From Candidatus Berkelbacteria bacterium (GTDB lineage Bacteria; Patescibacteriota; UBA1384; 2-12-FULL-50-11), in assembly GCA_016432625.1 (NCBI GenBank), contig CP066697.1, positions 279,363 to 343,362 of the forward strand: a stretch of 64,000 bases of DNA, in the 5' to 3' direction. The position numbers were made by a program, and so were the translations under genes. Numbering within the stretch: position 1 is the first letter of the stretch; each line of letters starts with the position of its first letter. Below the pieces are notes generated by a model. That model had not been told where the DNA came from. It made no database searches and saw nothing but the letters and a program-made list of their open reading frames with translations. Shown piece by piece: positions 26,582 through 39,665 of the stretch.

Positions 26582-29484
26582 TCACTTTTTTCTACAGACG
26601 GAGAATGTTTTGCTTTCTTGCCAAAAATAACGGGCTCTAAAACTTTCCCGGTTAACGAGGCTTTGGTTAACGCCACCTCTTCTGGCGTTCCTTTGGCAAC
26701 AATCGTGCCGCCTGCTTCGCCACCTCCGGGTCCTAAATCAATCAGCCAGTCAGCACTTTTGATAACGTCTAGGTTGTGTTCGATAACAACGATTGTGTTA
26801 CCACGGTCAACCAGCTTCTGAAGAACGAGCAGTAGGCGTTCGACGTCGGAAAAATGAAGGCCGGTCGTCGGTTCATCTAAAACATAGAGAGTTTTGCCGG
26901 TATCGCGCCGTGAGAGCTCGGAAGCGAGCTTGATTCGTTGCGCTTCACCGCCGGACAACGTTGTTGCCGGTTGTCCGAGGCGAATATAGCCCAAGCCAAC
27001 TTGCTGCAAAGTGCGCAGTTTGTCAGCGAGAACGCCGATATTTTCAAAAAATTCCAACGCTTCATCGACGGTCATATTGAGAACCTGGGAGATATTCTTC
27101 CCTTTCCAGGTAACTTCAAGCGTCTCGCGGCTATAGCGTGTGCCCTTACAAACGTCGCAGGTGATATAAACATCGGGCAGGAAGTTCATTTCGATCTTAA
27201 TTACCCCGTCGCCCTGACAGTTTTCGCAACGTCCACCGACAACGTTAAAAGAAAACCGACCTGGTTTATAACCGCGACTTCGGGCGGAAGGCGTAGCGGC
27301 GAAAAGCTGGCGAATCGGGTCAAAAGCCTTGGTGTAGGTGGCCGGGTTGCTGCGCGGAGTACGGCCGATAGGGGACTGATCGATTTCGATTATCTTGTCG
27401 ATATGTTCGGTCCCGGTGATCGACTCGTGACTGCCCGGCACGTCGCTTTTTAAGCCGAGTTTCATACTAATTCCTTTACTAAGAATCTCAGTGACTAGGG
27501 TTGATTTACCCGATCCAGAAACTCCCGTCACGGCGACAAAACGCTTTAGCGGAATGTTGGCGGTGATGTTCTTGAGATTATTCTCTTTAGCTCCGTGAAT
27601 GGTGATGTTTGTGTGCCCTTTCTCGATCGTGCGTCGTTCTGGCAGGGCAATTTTCTTATCGCCGCTTAGGTACGGCGCGGTGATTGATTTGGGGTTCTTT
27701 AAGACTTCGTCTAAAGTTCCGGCGGCAACGATTGTCCCGCCGTGTTCACCAGCTCCCGGGCCGATATCGACGACGTAGTCCGCTTCGCGAATAGTTGCCT
27801 CGTCGTGCTCAACAACAATTACCGAGTTGCCTAAATCTCGCAGACGTTTCAGGGTTTCAATGAGTCGGTCGTTGTCGGTTGGGTGAAGGCCGATTGTCGG
27901 CTCGTCCAAAACATACAGGATACCGACAAGCGCCGAACCAATCTGTGAGGCAAGGCGGATGCGTTGGCTTTCACCGCCGGCCAGAGTTGTAGCGGTGCGA
28001 TCAAGCGTCAAATAGTTGAGCCCGACTTTTCCCAGGAATTCGAGTCGGCTAGCAATTTCGAGCAATACCTTGCCGGCGATATTGGCTTCGCGGGCGTTTA
28101 ATTTTAATTCATCAAAGAATGCTCGTGCCTTGTCGATTGTGAGTTGCGACACTTCAGCGATATTTTTGCCGCCAACTTTTACGATTAGTGCGTCTTCCTT
28201 CAGACGAGCGCCTTTGCAGGTTTTGCACTCGCTGGAGAGCATATAGCGCTCGATTTGCTCGCGCACCATGTCTGACTCGGTTTCATGGTAGCGAGATTCA
28301 AGGTGCGGAATGAGTCCACGAAAACCAACCATAAAATGATGGGCAACACCGGCGGAGTAGTACTTTAGTTTTAGCTTTAACGGCGCTCCGACGCCGTAAA
28401 GAAGCTTATTTAAGTCTTGTTTCTCAAGTTTTTTGATCGGCACGTCAACGCTCATCCCAAAATGCTCGGCAGCGTTTTTAAGCAAAATTCCGTAATAGTT
28501 TGTTGGCGAGTACGTCCAGGGCATAATACCGCCCTCGGCAATTGATTTATTGTCGTCGGGAATGATTAAAACCTCGGAAACCTCTTTTTTGAAGCCTAAG
28601 CCGTGACAGTCTTCGCAAGCGCCATAAGGGCTATTGAATGAAAACGACCGGGGCGAAATTTCACCCAAAGAAAAACCGTCGTATGGGCAGGCTAAATCCT
28701 CGCTCAGCATCAATTCGTCGTCTTTGCCTTCCTGAGCAATAATAACCAAGCCTTTAGAAAGCTTAATTGCTGTTTCCATCGCTTCGTTCAAGCGGGTGCG
28801 ACTTGATTGGCCCATAATTAGTCGGTCAACTACCACTTCAATGTTGTGGGCTTTATAGCGGTCCAGCTGGATTGAATCAGTCAGGGCGTACATCTCGTCG
28901 TTGACTCGAACGCGGGCAAAACCACCCTTATATAGGTCGTAGAGTAATTGGTGATATTCGCCTTTGCGGCCACGGACGACCGGCGCAAGGACGATTACGC
29001 GGGTGTCTTGCGGCAACGACTCGACCAGGTCAACCATCTGGTCGGTCGTTTGGCGCGAGATTGGCCGGCCGCATTTAGGACAAAACGGGGTCCCAACCCT
29101 GGCAAAAAGTAGTCTCAGGTAGTCGTAAATTTCTGTCACCGTGCCAACCGTCGAGCGTGGATTATGGGAGACGGTTTTTTGGTCGATTGAAATCGCTGGC
29201 GAGAGCCCTTCGATATAATCTACGTCGGGTTTCTCCATTTGACCCAAAAATTGCCGGGCGTAGCTTGAGAGCGATTCCATGTAACGGCGCTGTCCTTCGG
29301 CGTAAATCGTGTCGAAGGCCAGGCTGGACTTGCCAGAACCTGACAGGCCAGTGAAAACAATTAGTTTTTCGCGCGGCAACTCAAGGTCAATGTTTTTGAG
29401 ATTATGTTCGCGGGCGCCTTTAATAACTATAGTTCCTGCGGAACTTTCGAGGGCTTTGCTTGAGATCTTTTCTTCCGTTGCCAT
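26578..29484 (-). CDS. uvrA: excinuclease ABC subunit A
   Basis: 968 aa. Duplicated ABC ATPase ([20 protein letters not shown]), zinc-finger Cys clusters and LSGGE signature motifs. Confidence 0.95.
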   Translation of the reverse strand: MATEEKISSKALESSAGTIVIKGAREHNLKNIDLELPREKLIVFTGLSGSGKSSLAFDTIYAEGQRRYMESLSSYARQFLGQMEKPDVDYIEGLSPAISIDQKTVSHNPRSTVGTVTEIYDYLRLLFARVGTPFCPKCGRPISRQTTDQMVDLVESLPQDTRVIVLAPVVRGRKGEYHQLLYDLYKGGFARVRVNDEMYALTDSIQLDRYKAHNIEVVVDRLIMGQSSRTRLNEAMETAIKLSKGLVIIAQEGKDDELMLSEDLACPYDGFSLGEISPRSFSFNSPYGACEDCHGLGFKKEVSEVLIIPDDNKSIAEGGIMPWTYSPTNYYGILLKNAAEHFGMSVDVPIKKLEKQDLNKLLYGVGAPLKLKLKYYSAGVAHHFMVGFRGLIPHLESRYHETESDMVREQIERYMLSSECKTCKGARLKEDALIVKVGGKNIAEVSQLTIDKARAFFDELKLNAREANIAGKVLLEIASRLEFLGKVGLNYLTLDRTATTLAGGESQRIRLASQIGSALVGILYVLDEPTIGLHPTDNDRLIETLKRLRDLGNSVIVVEHDEATIREADYVVDIGPGAGEHGGTIVAAGTLDEVLKNPKSITAPYLSGDKKIALPERRTIEKGHTNITIHGAKENNLKNITANIPLKRFVAVTGVSGSGKSTLVTEILSKGISMKLGLKSDVPGSHESITGTEHIDKIIEIDQSPIGRTPRSNPATYTKAFDPIRQLFAATPSARSRGYKPGRFSFNVVGGRCENCQGDGVIKIEMNFLPDVYITCDVCKGTRYSRETLEVTWKGKNISQVLNMTVDEALEFFENIGVLADKLRTLQQVGLGYIRLGQPATTLSGGEAQRIKLASELSRRDTGKTLYVLDEPTTGLHFSDVERLLLVLQKLVDRGNTIVVIEHNLDVIKSADWLIDLGPGGGEAGGTIVAKGTPEEVALTKASLTGKVLEPVIFGKKAKHSPSVEKSE

Positions 29485-29562
29485 AGCAATCTATTGTACC
29501 AAACAATTCCCGAAACATTTCTAGCCATTGTGACGCTGGTGCGGGACGGTTAGAGTTAAACA

Positions 29563-30657
29563 ATGCCAGAGACAGAAACTTCTTCACCGACTGAAGTATT
29601 GGGACTTGAACGCGATCCGTACGAGCGTCTCGAGTCAGACGAGCGAGAGTACCTTTATGCCGAAACCGGCGAACTGGCTAAATATTGGGAGGGCGCGTAT
29701 TCCGACGCACTGGAGAAAACTTCCACCTGGGACGAATTCCGCCAGGAAATTTATGATAATCATCAGGCTCAACAAGCCTTGAGGGGAAACTACGAAGATA
29801 ATCCAGCGGTTTTGAGGGCGTTTGATAAGGTTAATTATATTTTCGGCTCTATGCCGTCGGCGCTTGTCGATCCTCAGGCCAATTTGTTACTCGCAAGTTA
29901 TAGAAACGAACGCGGCAACGTGGCCAAGCTTTACTCCGAGGAGGATATGCAGGCAATCAAAGCTGGCAACCACGAATTGAATACTCACCAAAGCGCGATG
30001 CGCGAAGCCGAGTGGATTAACGAAACTATTTGGTCATTACTACGATTTCGGGCAAACGAGCTGACCGAGCCAAAGAGCTTTACTAATGGTAAGGGGCGAA
30101 AAGAAGTTATAGAGGCAGGGCAAACCTTGCCGGAGATGCTTATCCCCCTGATGGCCAAAACATTCGAGAAGGGCATGCCAGCCCGCATGGCTAGACAAGA
30201 GTTTTCCTGGATGTTGAGTGGGGTATACGGCCCGGTCAAATTGGCGCGGGCTGCTCGGGCTGCGGGTTTTAGGGCGATTTTACCCAATCCGTACTGGGAC
30301 GTGGTCGGAAAAGTTGATCTTAACCTCGCTACCGAAGACCGCAGGACGTTATATCCGGTACAGATAAAATCAACACGGCAGTCAGCAGAGTTTGCCAGAT
30401 ATTTCAGCGATGCGCCTTCGATGGATTTCGGAGGCCGTGAAGTGGCGCCGCGTGATGAATGGACTGCGCTCGACAACTTCTGCGCCAAAGTTCAACAGAC
30501 CTCAAATTGGCGCTCTTCAGGTATTGATATTATCCCCAAATGGGCTAGAATGTATGACGCTCAAGCAGATATTGCTGGGTTCAAGGCTGTTCTGGCTGAC
30601 AAGCCCGATCCTAAAGAGGTCGAGTTGCTAGCTGCTTTGAAAGGAAACCGCCCATGA
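29563..30657 (+). CDS. hypothetical protein (364 aa) between uvrA and uvrB
   Basis: Long ORF. No domain recognised. Confidence 0.5.
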   Translation: MPETETSSPTEVLGLERDPYERLESDEREYLYAETGELAKYWEGAYSDALEKTSTWDEFRQEIYDNHQAQQALRGNYEDNPAVLRAFDKVNYIFGSMPSALVDPQANLLLASYRNERGNVAKLYSEEDMQAIKAGNHELNTHQSAMREAEWINETIWSLLRFRANELTEPKSFTNGKGRKEVIEAGQTLPEMLIPLMAKTFEKGMPARMARQEFSWMLSGVYGPVKLARAARAAGFRAILPNPYWDVVGKVDLNLATEDRRTLYPVQIKSTRQSAEFARYFSDAPSMDFGGREVAPRDEWTALDNFCAKVQQTSNWRSSGIDIIPKWARMYDAQADIAGFKAVLADKPDPKEVELLAALKGNRP

Positions 30658-30857
30658 ATCAATTGGACCAACCGCCGCCGGTGACGCCAAAGCCAGAATC
30701 TCTACCAACGGACAACGTAGAGGCTGAGCTTGAGGCGATCACCCCCGAAGACGTCATGTCTCGGGATCTTGAAGAGGTGCTCCAAGAGGACGCGCCTAGC
30801 AAATAACGGCAATCACAGTTCATACGCCGGCACCAAGGATGGTTGCCGGCTTTGATT

Positions 30858-32843
30858 TTATACCGACGTTAACTTCTCCCGCTCTTTCTGCATCTTTTTT
30901 AGTTTTATCACTTCGTCACGCAGGATAGCGGCTAGCTCGAATTGAAGCTCGTTTGAAGCGGCTTTCATCTGACGCTCTTTTTCGCGTACCATAGCGTCGA
31001 TATTGCCACGAGCCAGCTCTTTCTCGATCTTATCCAGCCCCACAGATTCCACAATTTCCCGCTCGATAATTGAAGTAATTTCTTTGGAGATAGATTGGGG
31101 CGTAATACCATTGTCCTTATTGTGCTGCTCCTGAATCTTACGGCGCCGGTTCGTCTCGTCGATGGCTTTTTTCAGGCTGTCGGTGATGTTATTGGCGTAT
31201 AAAATAACTTGCCCTTGAACGTTTCTGGCGGCGCGGCCAATTGTTTGAATCAGGCTTCGTTCGCTGCGCAAGAAACCTTCTTTATCAGCATCAAGAATCG
31301 CCACAAGCGAAACTTCTGGTAGATCCAAACCTTCGCGGAGCAAGTTAACGCCGATCAAAACGTCGAATATGCCCTTTCGTAGATCGCGCAGTATCTCTAC
31401 CCGCTCCAGCGTTTCGATGCCCGAATGTAAATATCTAACCTTGAGCCCTTGCTCTTGCATGTAATCGCTGAGTTCTTCGGCCATCTTTTTCGTCAGTGTC
31501 GTCACGAGGACTCGCTCCTGTTTTTCGACGCGGTCTTTCACACGTTCCATTAGATCAGCCACTTGGTTGTCACACGGCTGTATTATTAATTCTGGATCGA
31601 GCAGGCCGGTCGGGCGGATAATCTGTGAGACTGTATTCTGGGTTTTTTGCAGCTCGTACTGGCCTGGGGTTGCTGAGGTGTATATAACCTGATTAATGCG
31701 CTGCTCAAATTCAGGGAATTTTAACGGCCTGTTGTCGCGCGCCGAGGGGAGGCGGAAGCCGTGCTCGACCAGGATGTCTTTGCGAGCTTTGTCGCCGTTG
31801 TACATCCCGTTTAGTTGTGGCACAGTCACGTGCGACTCATCTATTACTAGCAAGAAATCTTTAGGAAAATAGCCAAGCAAGGTATTTGGGGCGTCGCCGG
31901 GCTGGCGCCCGTCGAAGTGACGGGAATAGTTTTCGATCCCGTTGCAGTAACCAATCTCGCGGATCATTTCGAGGTCGTAACGTGTTCGTCGGCGCAACCG
32001 CTCGGCCTCGAGGAATTTGTCGCTCGCTTCCATTCTTTTAAGCTGTTCATCCAATTCATGCTCGATAGATTTTGTGGCCTGCTCGATTTGCTCTGGCGGT
32101 GTGACGAAGTGACGTGACGGATAAATTACCGCAACACGCAAAGTTTGTAGCGGCGAATTTGTCGTTGGGTCGATCTCCTCAATGTTCTCGACGGTATCGC
32201 CAAAAAGGTTTAGACGAATTATCCGTTGGGAGTTTGCTGGCATCACTTCAATGACGTCGCCACGAGCTCTAAAATTACCGCGTTCCATCGCCACGTCATT
32301 GCGTTGGTACTGCAAGAAAACTAACTTGTCGATAATTTCGTCGCGGTTAATGTTCTCACCGCTACGGATGACGAGCATCGCTTTTTGGTATTCCTCAGCC
32401 GAGCCGAGGCCGTAAATACAGGAGACAGAAGCGACGACAATGACGTCTTGGCGTGAGAGGACGGCTTGAGTGGCGGCGTGGCGCAAGCGGTCAATCTCAT
32501 CGTTAATCTGCGCTTCTTTTTCTATATAGGTATCGGTATTCGGAATGTAGGCCTCTGGTTGGTAGTAATCGTAATAGCTGACGAAGTATTCAACGGCATT
32601 TTTTGGGAAAAAATGACGGTACTCGCTGGTTAGCTGGGCGGCTAAAGTTTTGTTGTGAGCAATTACTAGCGTTGGCTTTTGGATCGCTTGAATGACATTT
32701 GCGGCGGTGAAAGTTTTACCTGAGCCAGTTACCCCCAAAAGTATCTGGTGTTTCAACCCCTTTTTCACGCCAGCAACCAACGATTCGATGGCTGTTGGCT
32801 GGTCACCCTTTGGCTCAACGGACTTAATTAATTCAAATCCCAT
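30858..32843 (-). CDS. uvrB: excinuclease ABC subunit B
   Basis: 661 aa. GVTGSGKT Walker A, helicase motifs and a C-terminal UVR domain. Confidence 0.95.
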   Translation of the reverse strand: MGFELIKSVEPKGDQPTAIESLVAGVKKGLKHQILLGVTGSGKTFTAANVIQAIQKPTLVIAHNKTLAAQLTSEYRHFFPKNAVEYFVSYYDYYQPEAYIPNTDTYIEKEAQINDEIDRLRHAATQAVLSRQDVIVVASVSCIYGLGSAEEYQKAMLVIRSGENINRDEIIDKLVFLQYQRNDVAMERGNFRARGDVIEVMPANSQRIIRLNLFGDTVENIEEIDPTTNSPLQTLRVAVIYPSRHFVTPPEQIEQATKSIEHELDEQLKRMEASDKFLEAERLRRRTRYDLEMIREIGYCNGIENYSRHFDGRQPGDAPNTLLGYFPKDFLLVIDESHVTVPQLNGMYNGDKARKDILVEHGFRLPSARDNRPLKFPEFEQRINQVIYTSATPGQYELQKTQNTVSQIIRPTGLLDPELIIQPCDNQVADLMERVKDRVEKQERVLVTTLTKKMAEELSDYMQEQGLKVRYLHSGIETLERVEILRDLRKGIFDVLIGVNLLREGLDLPEVSLVAILDADKEGFLRSERSLIQTIGRAARNVQGQVILYANNITDSLKKAIDETNRRRKIQEQHNKDNGITPQSISKEITSIIEREIVESVGLDKIEKELARGNIDAMVREKERQMKAASNELQFELAAILRDEVIKLKKMQKEREKLTSV

Positions 32844-32962
32844 AACGTGGACATTCTACCTGAAAATGGGTTGGTAGTCCCTTGTCTTGGAGATAGTTAA
32901 CCGGTACAATTCCCCGGTCAGATTGATCTTTAAACGCTTCGACGGCGTTAGGAGGATGTAGT

Positions 32963-33517
32963 ATGCCGATTGCCATAGGCTTAGGGGAGATCGGCTGGAC
33001 GTCCAATCTCTTTCCCTGGTGCCACGACCAAGAACACACCGGGATCTACTTGCGCCCGAACGACCCAAGAGACATTGCCCATCAAGTACAGACGCCCTCA
33101 GCGTACTTTCTTGATTCATCCGGCATGGATAGGTCACGAAGAGCCTTAAACAAGCTGATTGAAGTCAATTTCAATTACTTCGCGCTGGAACCGGACACTC
33201 GTTTGGTTGATATTCGTGGTCGCAAGTACGACTTCGTCATCAACCGCGACACCGAACAGGTCCTGCAGTACGACGAATCATGGCTGCTTGAGGACGCCGG
33301 GCGCGAAGGGATTGAAAAGTGCTTCACTTGTGAGGCAGTTGATCTGTTCTGGCGGCTCGACCGCTATCGTGAGATCCGCACCCTTGATTGGAAAGAGCCG
33401 AACTTGATCGTCAGCTTCGATGGGATGATGAACACCGTCAATCCGAACGAGTTTATCTTTACTCTGACGCGACGGATGTCAGAGTGGTGGCGACTGATCA
33501 ACCAGCTCAGATCGTGA
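32963..33517 (+). CDS. hypothetical protein (184 aa)
   Basis: GGAGGA RBS. Followed by a terminator hairpin at 33523-33560. Confidence 0.45.
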   Translation: MPIAIGLGEIGWTSNLFPWCHDQEHTGIYLRPNDPRDIAHQVQTPSAYFLDSSGMDRSRRALNKLIEVNFNYFALEPDTRLVDIRGRKYDFVINRDTEQVLQYDESWLLEDAGREGIEKCFTCEAVDLFWRLDRYREIRTLDWKEPNLIVSFDGMMNTVNPNEFIFTLTRRMSEWWRLINQLRS

Positions 33518-33582
33518 GGGACCGAGCCCCGAGCCACATTAGAGTGGTTCGGGGCTTTTGCTATCCTAATAGATATAAAAAG

Positions 33583-33612
33583 AGTCAGCGGCCGGAGATT
33601 CCGGCCGCTGAT
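33583..33612 (-). terminator. intrinsic terminator for the GlcG-like gene
   Basis: 12-bp stem tcagcggccgga/tccggccgctga, followed on the minus strand by a ctcttttta run. Confidence 0.6.
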
Positions 33613-33631
33613 GCGGGTTGTTCCAGACGCG

Positions 33632-34132
33632 CTAGCCCGTTTGACTAGCTTCGCCCCAGGGTGAAGGGTGGCCGCCGAGCTTAGCAAGCCCGATTGCCAC
33701 GTAGCCGATCATTCGTGAGATCGCCTCATCGAGCTCGGCCTGTCCGCCGCTCGTGCCGACTGCGAGGTGGAAACCGTCGCAGCAGATGTAGACGCCGCCG
33801 GGGTAAAAAGCCCCATTGACCTTGATCTCTTCACTGACGAGTTCCGGCTTTTGGCTTAACGCCCAACCGCCATTGACCCGGTGCTCGGCGGAGAACTTAG
33901 CCTTGTTGACGCCGTAGAGCTGGTAAGGATGCTCGTAGTCCTTAACGCTCCCAAGCATCTCGGAGTGCAGCAGGTCGCCGCTCTCTGGATCGACGAGAAA
34001 GATGGCGATGTCGTGACGTTTGAACGTGCCGTCGTTCATCATGCTGCGAATCGCGGGCAAAGCGTGATGAACTGCTTCGCGGGCGACTTCGGGCGTGATG
34101 CTTCTTAAAGTTACAGGTGCGCTTGATTCCAA
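33632..34132 (-). CDS. GlcG/HbpS-like (DUF336) putative heme-binding protein
   Basis: LAVGTSGGQAELDEAI resembles the conserved G-x-SGG motif of DUF336 proteins. Confidence 0.45.
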   Translation of the reverse strand: MESSAPVTLRSITPEVAREAVHHALPAIRSMMNDGTFKRHDIAIFLVDPESGDLLHSEMLGSVKDYEHPYQLYGVNKAKFSAEHRVNGGWALSQKPELVSEEIKVNGAFYPGGVYICCDGFHLAVGTSGGQAELDEAISRMIGYVAIGLAKLGGHPSPWGEASQTG

Positions 34133-34354
34133 CTAGTGCCTCCTCAACTTCCAGGGAAGTTGTTGGGGTTATTTTGGCTAAAATCTACAGGTAAGTCAAC
34201 GTGTTGAACCTGTAAAAATCGTTAAAGCCTTGACAGGTTTATCAGGTGTCTTTAGTAATGTAAGAGTTAACCAGAACAACTGGTTAAAGACTCTTGAGCT
34301 TGGGAGTCGCAATAGAATCGCAACATAACCACAGGGGAAGGAGGTGAGAAGTTT

Positions 34355-34558
34355 ATGGCATTTAGTACACAGTCCAAGAAGTCAGGTAAGACTTACTACT
34401 TGCACTCGAAGTCGGTTACGCTACGCGGCGGCCGCCAGCAGACCATCTACTACTTCGCGCAAGATGTTCGTGACGGCGCAATGGATTCCGTCCCTTCTGG
34501 TTACATGGTGATGGAGAACCCACGCACGGGTCTACCGATGTTAAAGAAGAGTATGTAA
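34355..34558 (+). CDS. small hypothetical protein (67 aa)
   Basis: GGAAGGAGGTGA RBS. Upstream TTGACA promoter-like box and a ttaaccag/ctggttaa palindrome. Confidence 0.5.
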   Translation: MAFSTQSKKSGKTYYLHSKSVTLRGGRQQTIYYFAQDVRDGAMDSVPSGYMVMENPRTGLPMLKKSM

Positions 34559-34658
34559 GACGTTCGACAATATGTTGGATGTTTACCAAAGATCCGTCCT
34601 AACAGACGGGTTTTTGGTTGAAAATACCTGTTGAACAGTCGTACAATGGAATCCCGCC

Positions 34659-36020
34659 ATGAGGAAATTCAATCTTCAGTTCGCTTTAGTGACGGTCATC
34701 ATCGATTTACTGATGTTATGGCTAGCTATGGCTGTGGCTTATCAAATTAGAAGTAACGGCGAGGAGCTTTACCTTTGGTCGCTTAGTTACTACTCGTTGT
34801 TTGTTTTGAAATTCCTGCCGGTTTGGCTGGTTCTATTTATATATCAAGGGCTCTATCGTTTGCGTACACCGATTAAAGGTTGGACAGCGATTGCCCGCAC
34901 GACAACGGCGATTCTCTCTGGGTGGGGCGTGATCTTAATTTATCTTTACTTATCAAGATCACCTGAAGCGCTAGTCTTCCCCCGGCTAATTATTGCCTAC
35001 GGACTCGGACTGACTTTGCTATTTGTCTTCATTGGCCGTTTTTTGCTAGATGGCTTCAGGCGCTTGCTTAACTCCCAGGGCTACGGGCTGATCAGAGCAG
35101 CTGTTATTGCAAAAGACGAACAAGTAGATTTTATTAAGACACTTTCGCAGCCAACCCATGGACGCGTGATCCAAGGAGTTATAACCGCTGATTATCTAGA
35201 AGCGCTGAGAGGTCTCGTCCAAAATAAGAAAATTGACGAGCTTATTGTGGCGCTGCCCGGATTAGACGAAAAAACAATTTTGTCGTTAGTCGACTGGGCC
35301 GAGACCAACTACGTTAATTTCGTTCAAGTACAGACTTTACTGTCCGTGAAAGCGACGAACATTGAGACTGGTTCTTTGGCAGGAACGCCGGTAATCTTCT
35401 ACAAACAATCGCCGCTTGATGGTTGGGGGCGAATTTTCAAACGAGCCTTTGATCTTGTCTTGGTGATACCGCTGCTCATCATTATTTCCCCGCTGTATTT
35501 CCTGTTGGCGTTACTAGTCAAATTATCTAGTCCCGGACCGGTTTACTATAAAGAGAAGCGAGTTGGCCAAGACGGTCAGGAATTTGTTGTCGGTAAGTTT
35601 CGCAGTATGTACGCCGACTGGCGCGAGCGTTTTCCGAATGTCCAAGATTGGTCAGCCGATGAGGCCACCGACGTTCGTATCACGCCGCTCGGGAGAGTGC
35701 TAAGAAAAACTAATCTCGACGAGTTGCCCCAGCTCTGGGACGTTTTGACTGGGCGGATGAGTATTGTTGGGCCACGGCCTGAACAGCCAAAATACGTCGA
35801 AAAATTCGCTCAAGAAATTCCCGCCTACGTCAAACGTCATCACGTTAAGTCTGGCTTAACAGGATGGGCACAAATTAACGGCTTGCGTGGTAATACGCCA
35901 ATTCCTGACAGGGTTAAATACGACCTCTACTATATAGAGAACTGGTCTATATGGTTCGACCTCCGTATTATTCTTGGCACGGTCGTTTATATCTTCCGTC
36001 AGTTCGTTACCAGCTCATGA
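34659..36020 (+). CDS. polyprenyl-phosphate sugar phosphotransferase (bacterial sugar transferase, WbaP-like)
   Basis: N-terminal TM block, then a C-terminal sugar-transferase domain (KFRSM, PRPE motifs). Confidence 0.75.
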   Translation: MRKFNLQFALVTVIIDLLMLWLAMAVAYQIRSNGEELYLWSLSYYSLFVLKFLPVWLVLFIYQGLYRLRTPIKGWTAIARTTTAILSGWGVILIYLYLSRSPEALVFPRLIIAYGLGLTLLFVFIGRFLLDGFRRLLNSQGYGLIRAAVIAKDEQVDFIKTLSQPTHGRVIQGVITADYLEALRGLVQNKKIDELIVALPGLDEKTILSLVDWAETNYVNFVQVQTLLSVKATNIETGSLAGTPVIFYKQSPLDGWGRIFKRAFDLVLVIPLLIIISPLYFLLALLVKLSSPGPVYYKEKRVGQDGQEFVVGKFRSMYADWRERFPNVQDWSADEATDVRITPLGRVLRKTNLDELPQLWDVLTGRMSIVGPRPEQPKYVEKFAQEIPAYVKRHHVKSGLTGWAQINGLRGNTPIPDRVKYDLYYIENWSIWFDLRIILGTVVYIFRQFVTSS

Positions 36021-37120
36021 GAATTGCCCTCGTTCATGACTTTCTGAACACCTGGGGTGGGGGAGAGTACGTCTTAAAAGTTTTCACCGAGCTTTATCCT
36101 GAGGCGCCGATCTATTCGCTCACTTATAAGCAGGCGATTGTCGACGAATTTTTTCCAGGGAGAAAAATAATTCCGAGCTTCTTGCAAAACTATCCAGGGA
36201 TGCCGGATAAGTTCAAATACTATCTATCGTTTATGCCGAAAGCGATCGAATCGTTTGATTTTAGTGATTATGACGTCGTGCTGTCCGATTCGTCAGCTTA
36301 CGCAAAGGGCGCCATTACAAAAGGGGCAACAAAGCACGTTTGCTACCTGCATACGCCAACGCGTTATCTGTGGAGTGATCGAGAAGAATATATTAAAAAC
36401 GCGCCCATTCCGCTGCCGATTATTGGACGAAGCGTAGTTAAGGGTATCGTCAAAAAATTACAAAAATGGGATTTAGAGGCCGCTAAACGGCCTGATGTAA
36501 TAATCGCTAATTCAAAATACATCGCCGAACGTACCCGAACCTACTATCACCGGGACCCAGAGTATGTGGTTTTTCCTCCGGTGAACGTGAAGCAGTTTAA
36601 GATCGGCACGCCAGGCGATTACTTCCTGGTTCTAGCGCGTGCTGAGCCGTACAAGCGAACAGACCTCGCGATTCAAGCAGCCAACAAGCTCGGGCTTAAG
36701 CTCAAAGTGGTTGGAGGAGGAACTAAAATTAAGTACCTACAGGAAATGGCCGGACCGAATGTTGAATTTTTGGGCCGTGTCAGTGAGGAAGAGAAAGTAA
36801 GGTTGTTCTCTGGTTGTTTAGCCTTCATATTCCCGCCAAAGGAGGACGCTGGTATTACGCCACTTGAAGCGATGGCTTCAGGACGGCCGGTGATTGCGTA
36901 CAGCGAGGGCGGAGCGTTAGAGTCGGTAGTTGAGGGCGAGACGGGCGAGTTTTTTTCCGACCAGACTGTCGACTCACTTGTTGAGGTACTAAAAGTTTTC
37001 GATCCATCAAATTACAATCCGCAGAAAATCAGGCAGCACGCGGATAAATTCGACAAGGAGATTTTCAAAAATAGAATCCAACAAATCGTTAACGACGCAT
37101 TGAGTTCAGACAAGCGCTGA
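36017..37120 (+). CDS. glycosyltransferase family 4 (GT-B fold)
   Basis: The EX7E-type C-terminal motif region. The ATG overlaps the upstream stop (ATGA). Confidence 0.7.
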   Translation: MRIALVHDFLNTWGGGEYVLKVFTELYPEAPIYSLTYKQAIVDEFFPGRKIIPSFLQNYPGMPDKFKYYLSFMPKAIESFDFSDYDVVLSDSSAYAKGAITKGATKHVCYLHTPTRYLWSDREEYIKNAPIPLPIIGRSVVKGIVKKLQKWDLEAAKRPDVIIANSKYIAERTRTYYHRDPEYVVFPPVNVKQFKIGTPGDYFLVLARAEPYKRTDLAIQAANKLGLKLKVVGGGTKIKYLQEMAGPNVEFLGRVSEEEKVRLFSGCLAFIFPPKEDAGITPLEAMASGRPVIAYSEGGALESVVEGETGEFFSDQTVDSLVEVLKVFDPSNYNPQKIRQHADKFDKEIFKNRIQQIVNDALSSDKR

Positions 37121-37160
37121 GTTAGTATTCATCCACGGTTTTCGTTCTTGAGGTGAAACA

Positions 37161-37628
37161 ATGAAAATGTTGGCGCTAACGTATCGCTATATCGGTCCTG
37201 ACGCCGCGCATCAGCTGCTTTTGGAGCCGATTGAAAGGGGCGACAACGTCGTTATCCCGATCAGTGGCGAACAGTACATGAAGATGTTTCCGCACGTTGG
37301 TCGAACGGAGCTGGAGGATCAGACTTACGTTCTGGAAAACATCTACGACCCGAAACTGGCAGTACACGAGCCGGATATCCTGCTCGTTTATATCGGCCAC
37401 CATGCCGTAGACAAGACGGCCGAGTTTCTGACCCATTTTGGGGGCTCTGAAGTTCATGTCGTCACTTGCCAATGCGACTTGGAGGCGCGCAAGAAGGCGT
37501 TGTCAACGTACGCGTTTCGCCGGGCGATAATGCATCCCCAAAGCGAATGCGGCGGCAACAAAACTATGCATCGGTTGGTCATGGAGTTCCTCGAAACGGG
37601 CGCTCTTCACTATCCACGTCCTAGCTAG
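37161..37628 (+). CDS. hypothetical protein (155 aa)
   Basis: GAGGTGAAA RBS. Unknown function. Confidence 0.45.
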   Translation: MKMLALTYRYIGPDAAHQLLLEPIERGDNVVIPISGEQYMKMFPHVGRTELEDQTYVLENIYDPKLAVHEPDILLVYIGHHAVDKTAEFLTHFGGSEVHVVTCQCDLEARKKALSTYAFRRAIMHPQSECGGNKTMHRLVMEFLETGALHYPRPS

Positions 37629-37700
37629 ACGAACGACCACTTTGGGCGCGATTCAACACGGATCGCGCCCCGTCATATTTGGCTTGTTTTATCCTTATAA

Positions 37701-39662
<1,962 letters not shown>

Positions 39663-39665
39663 ACA

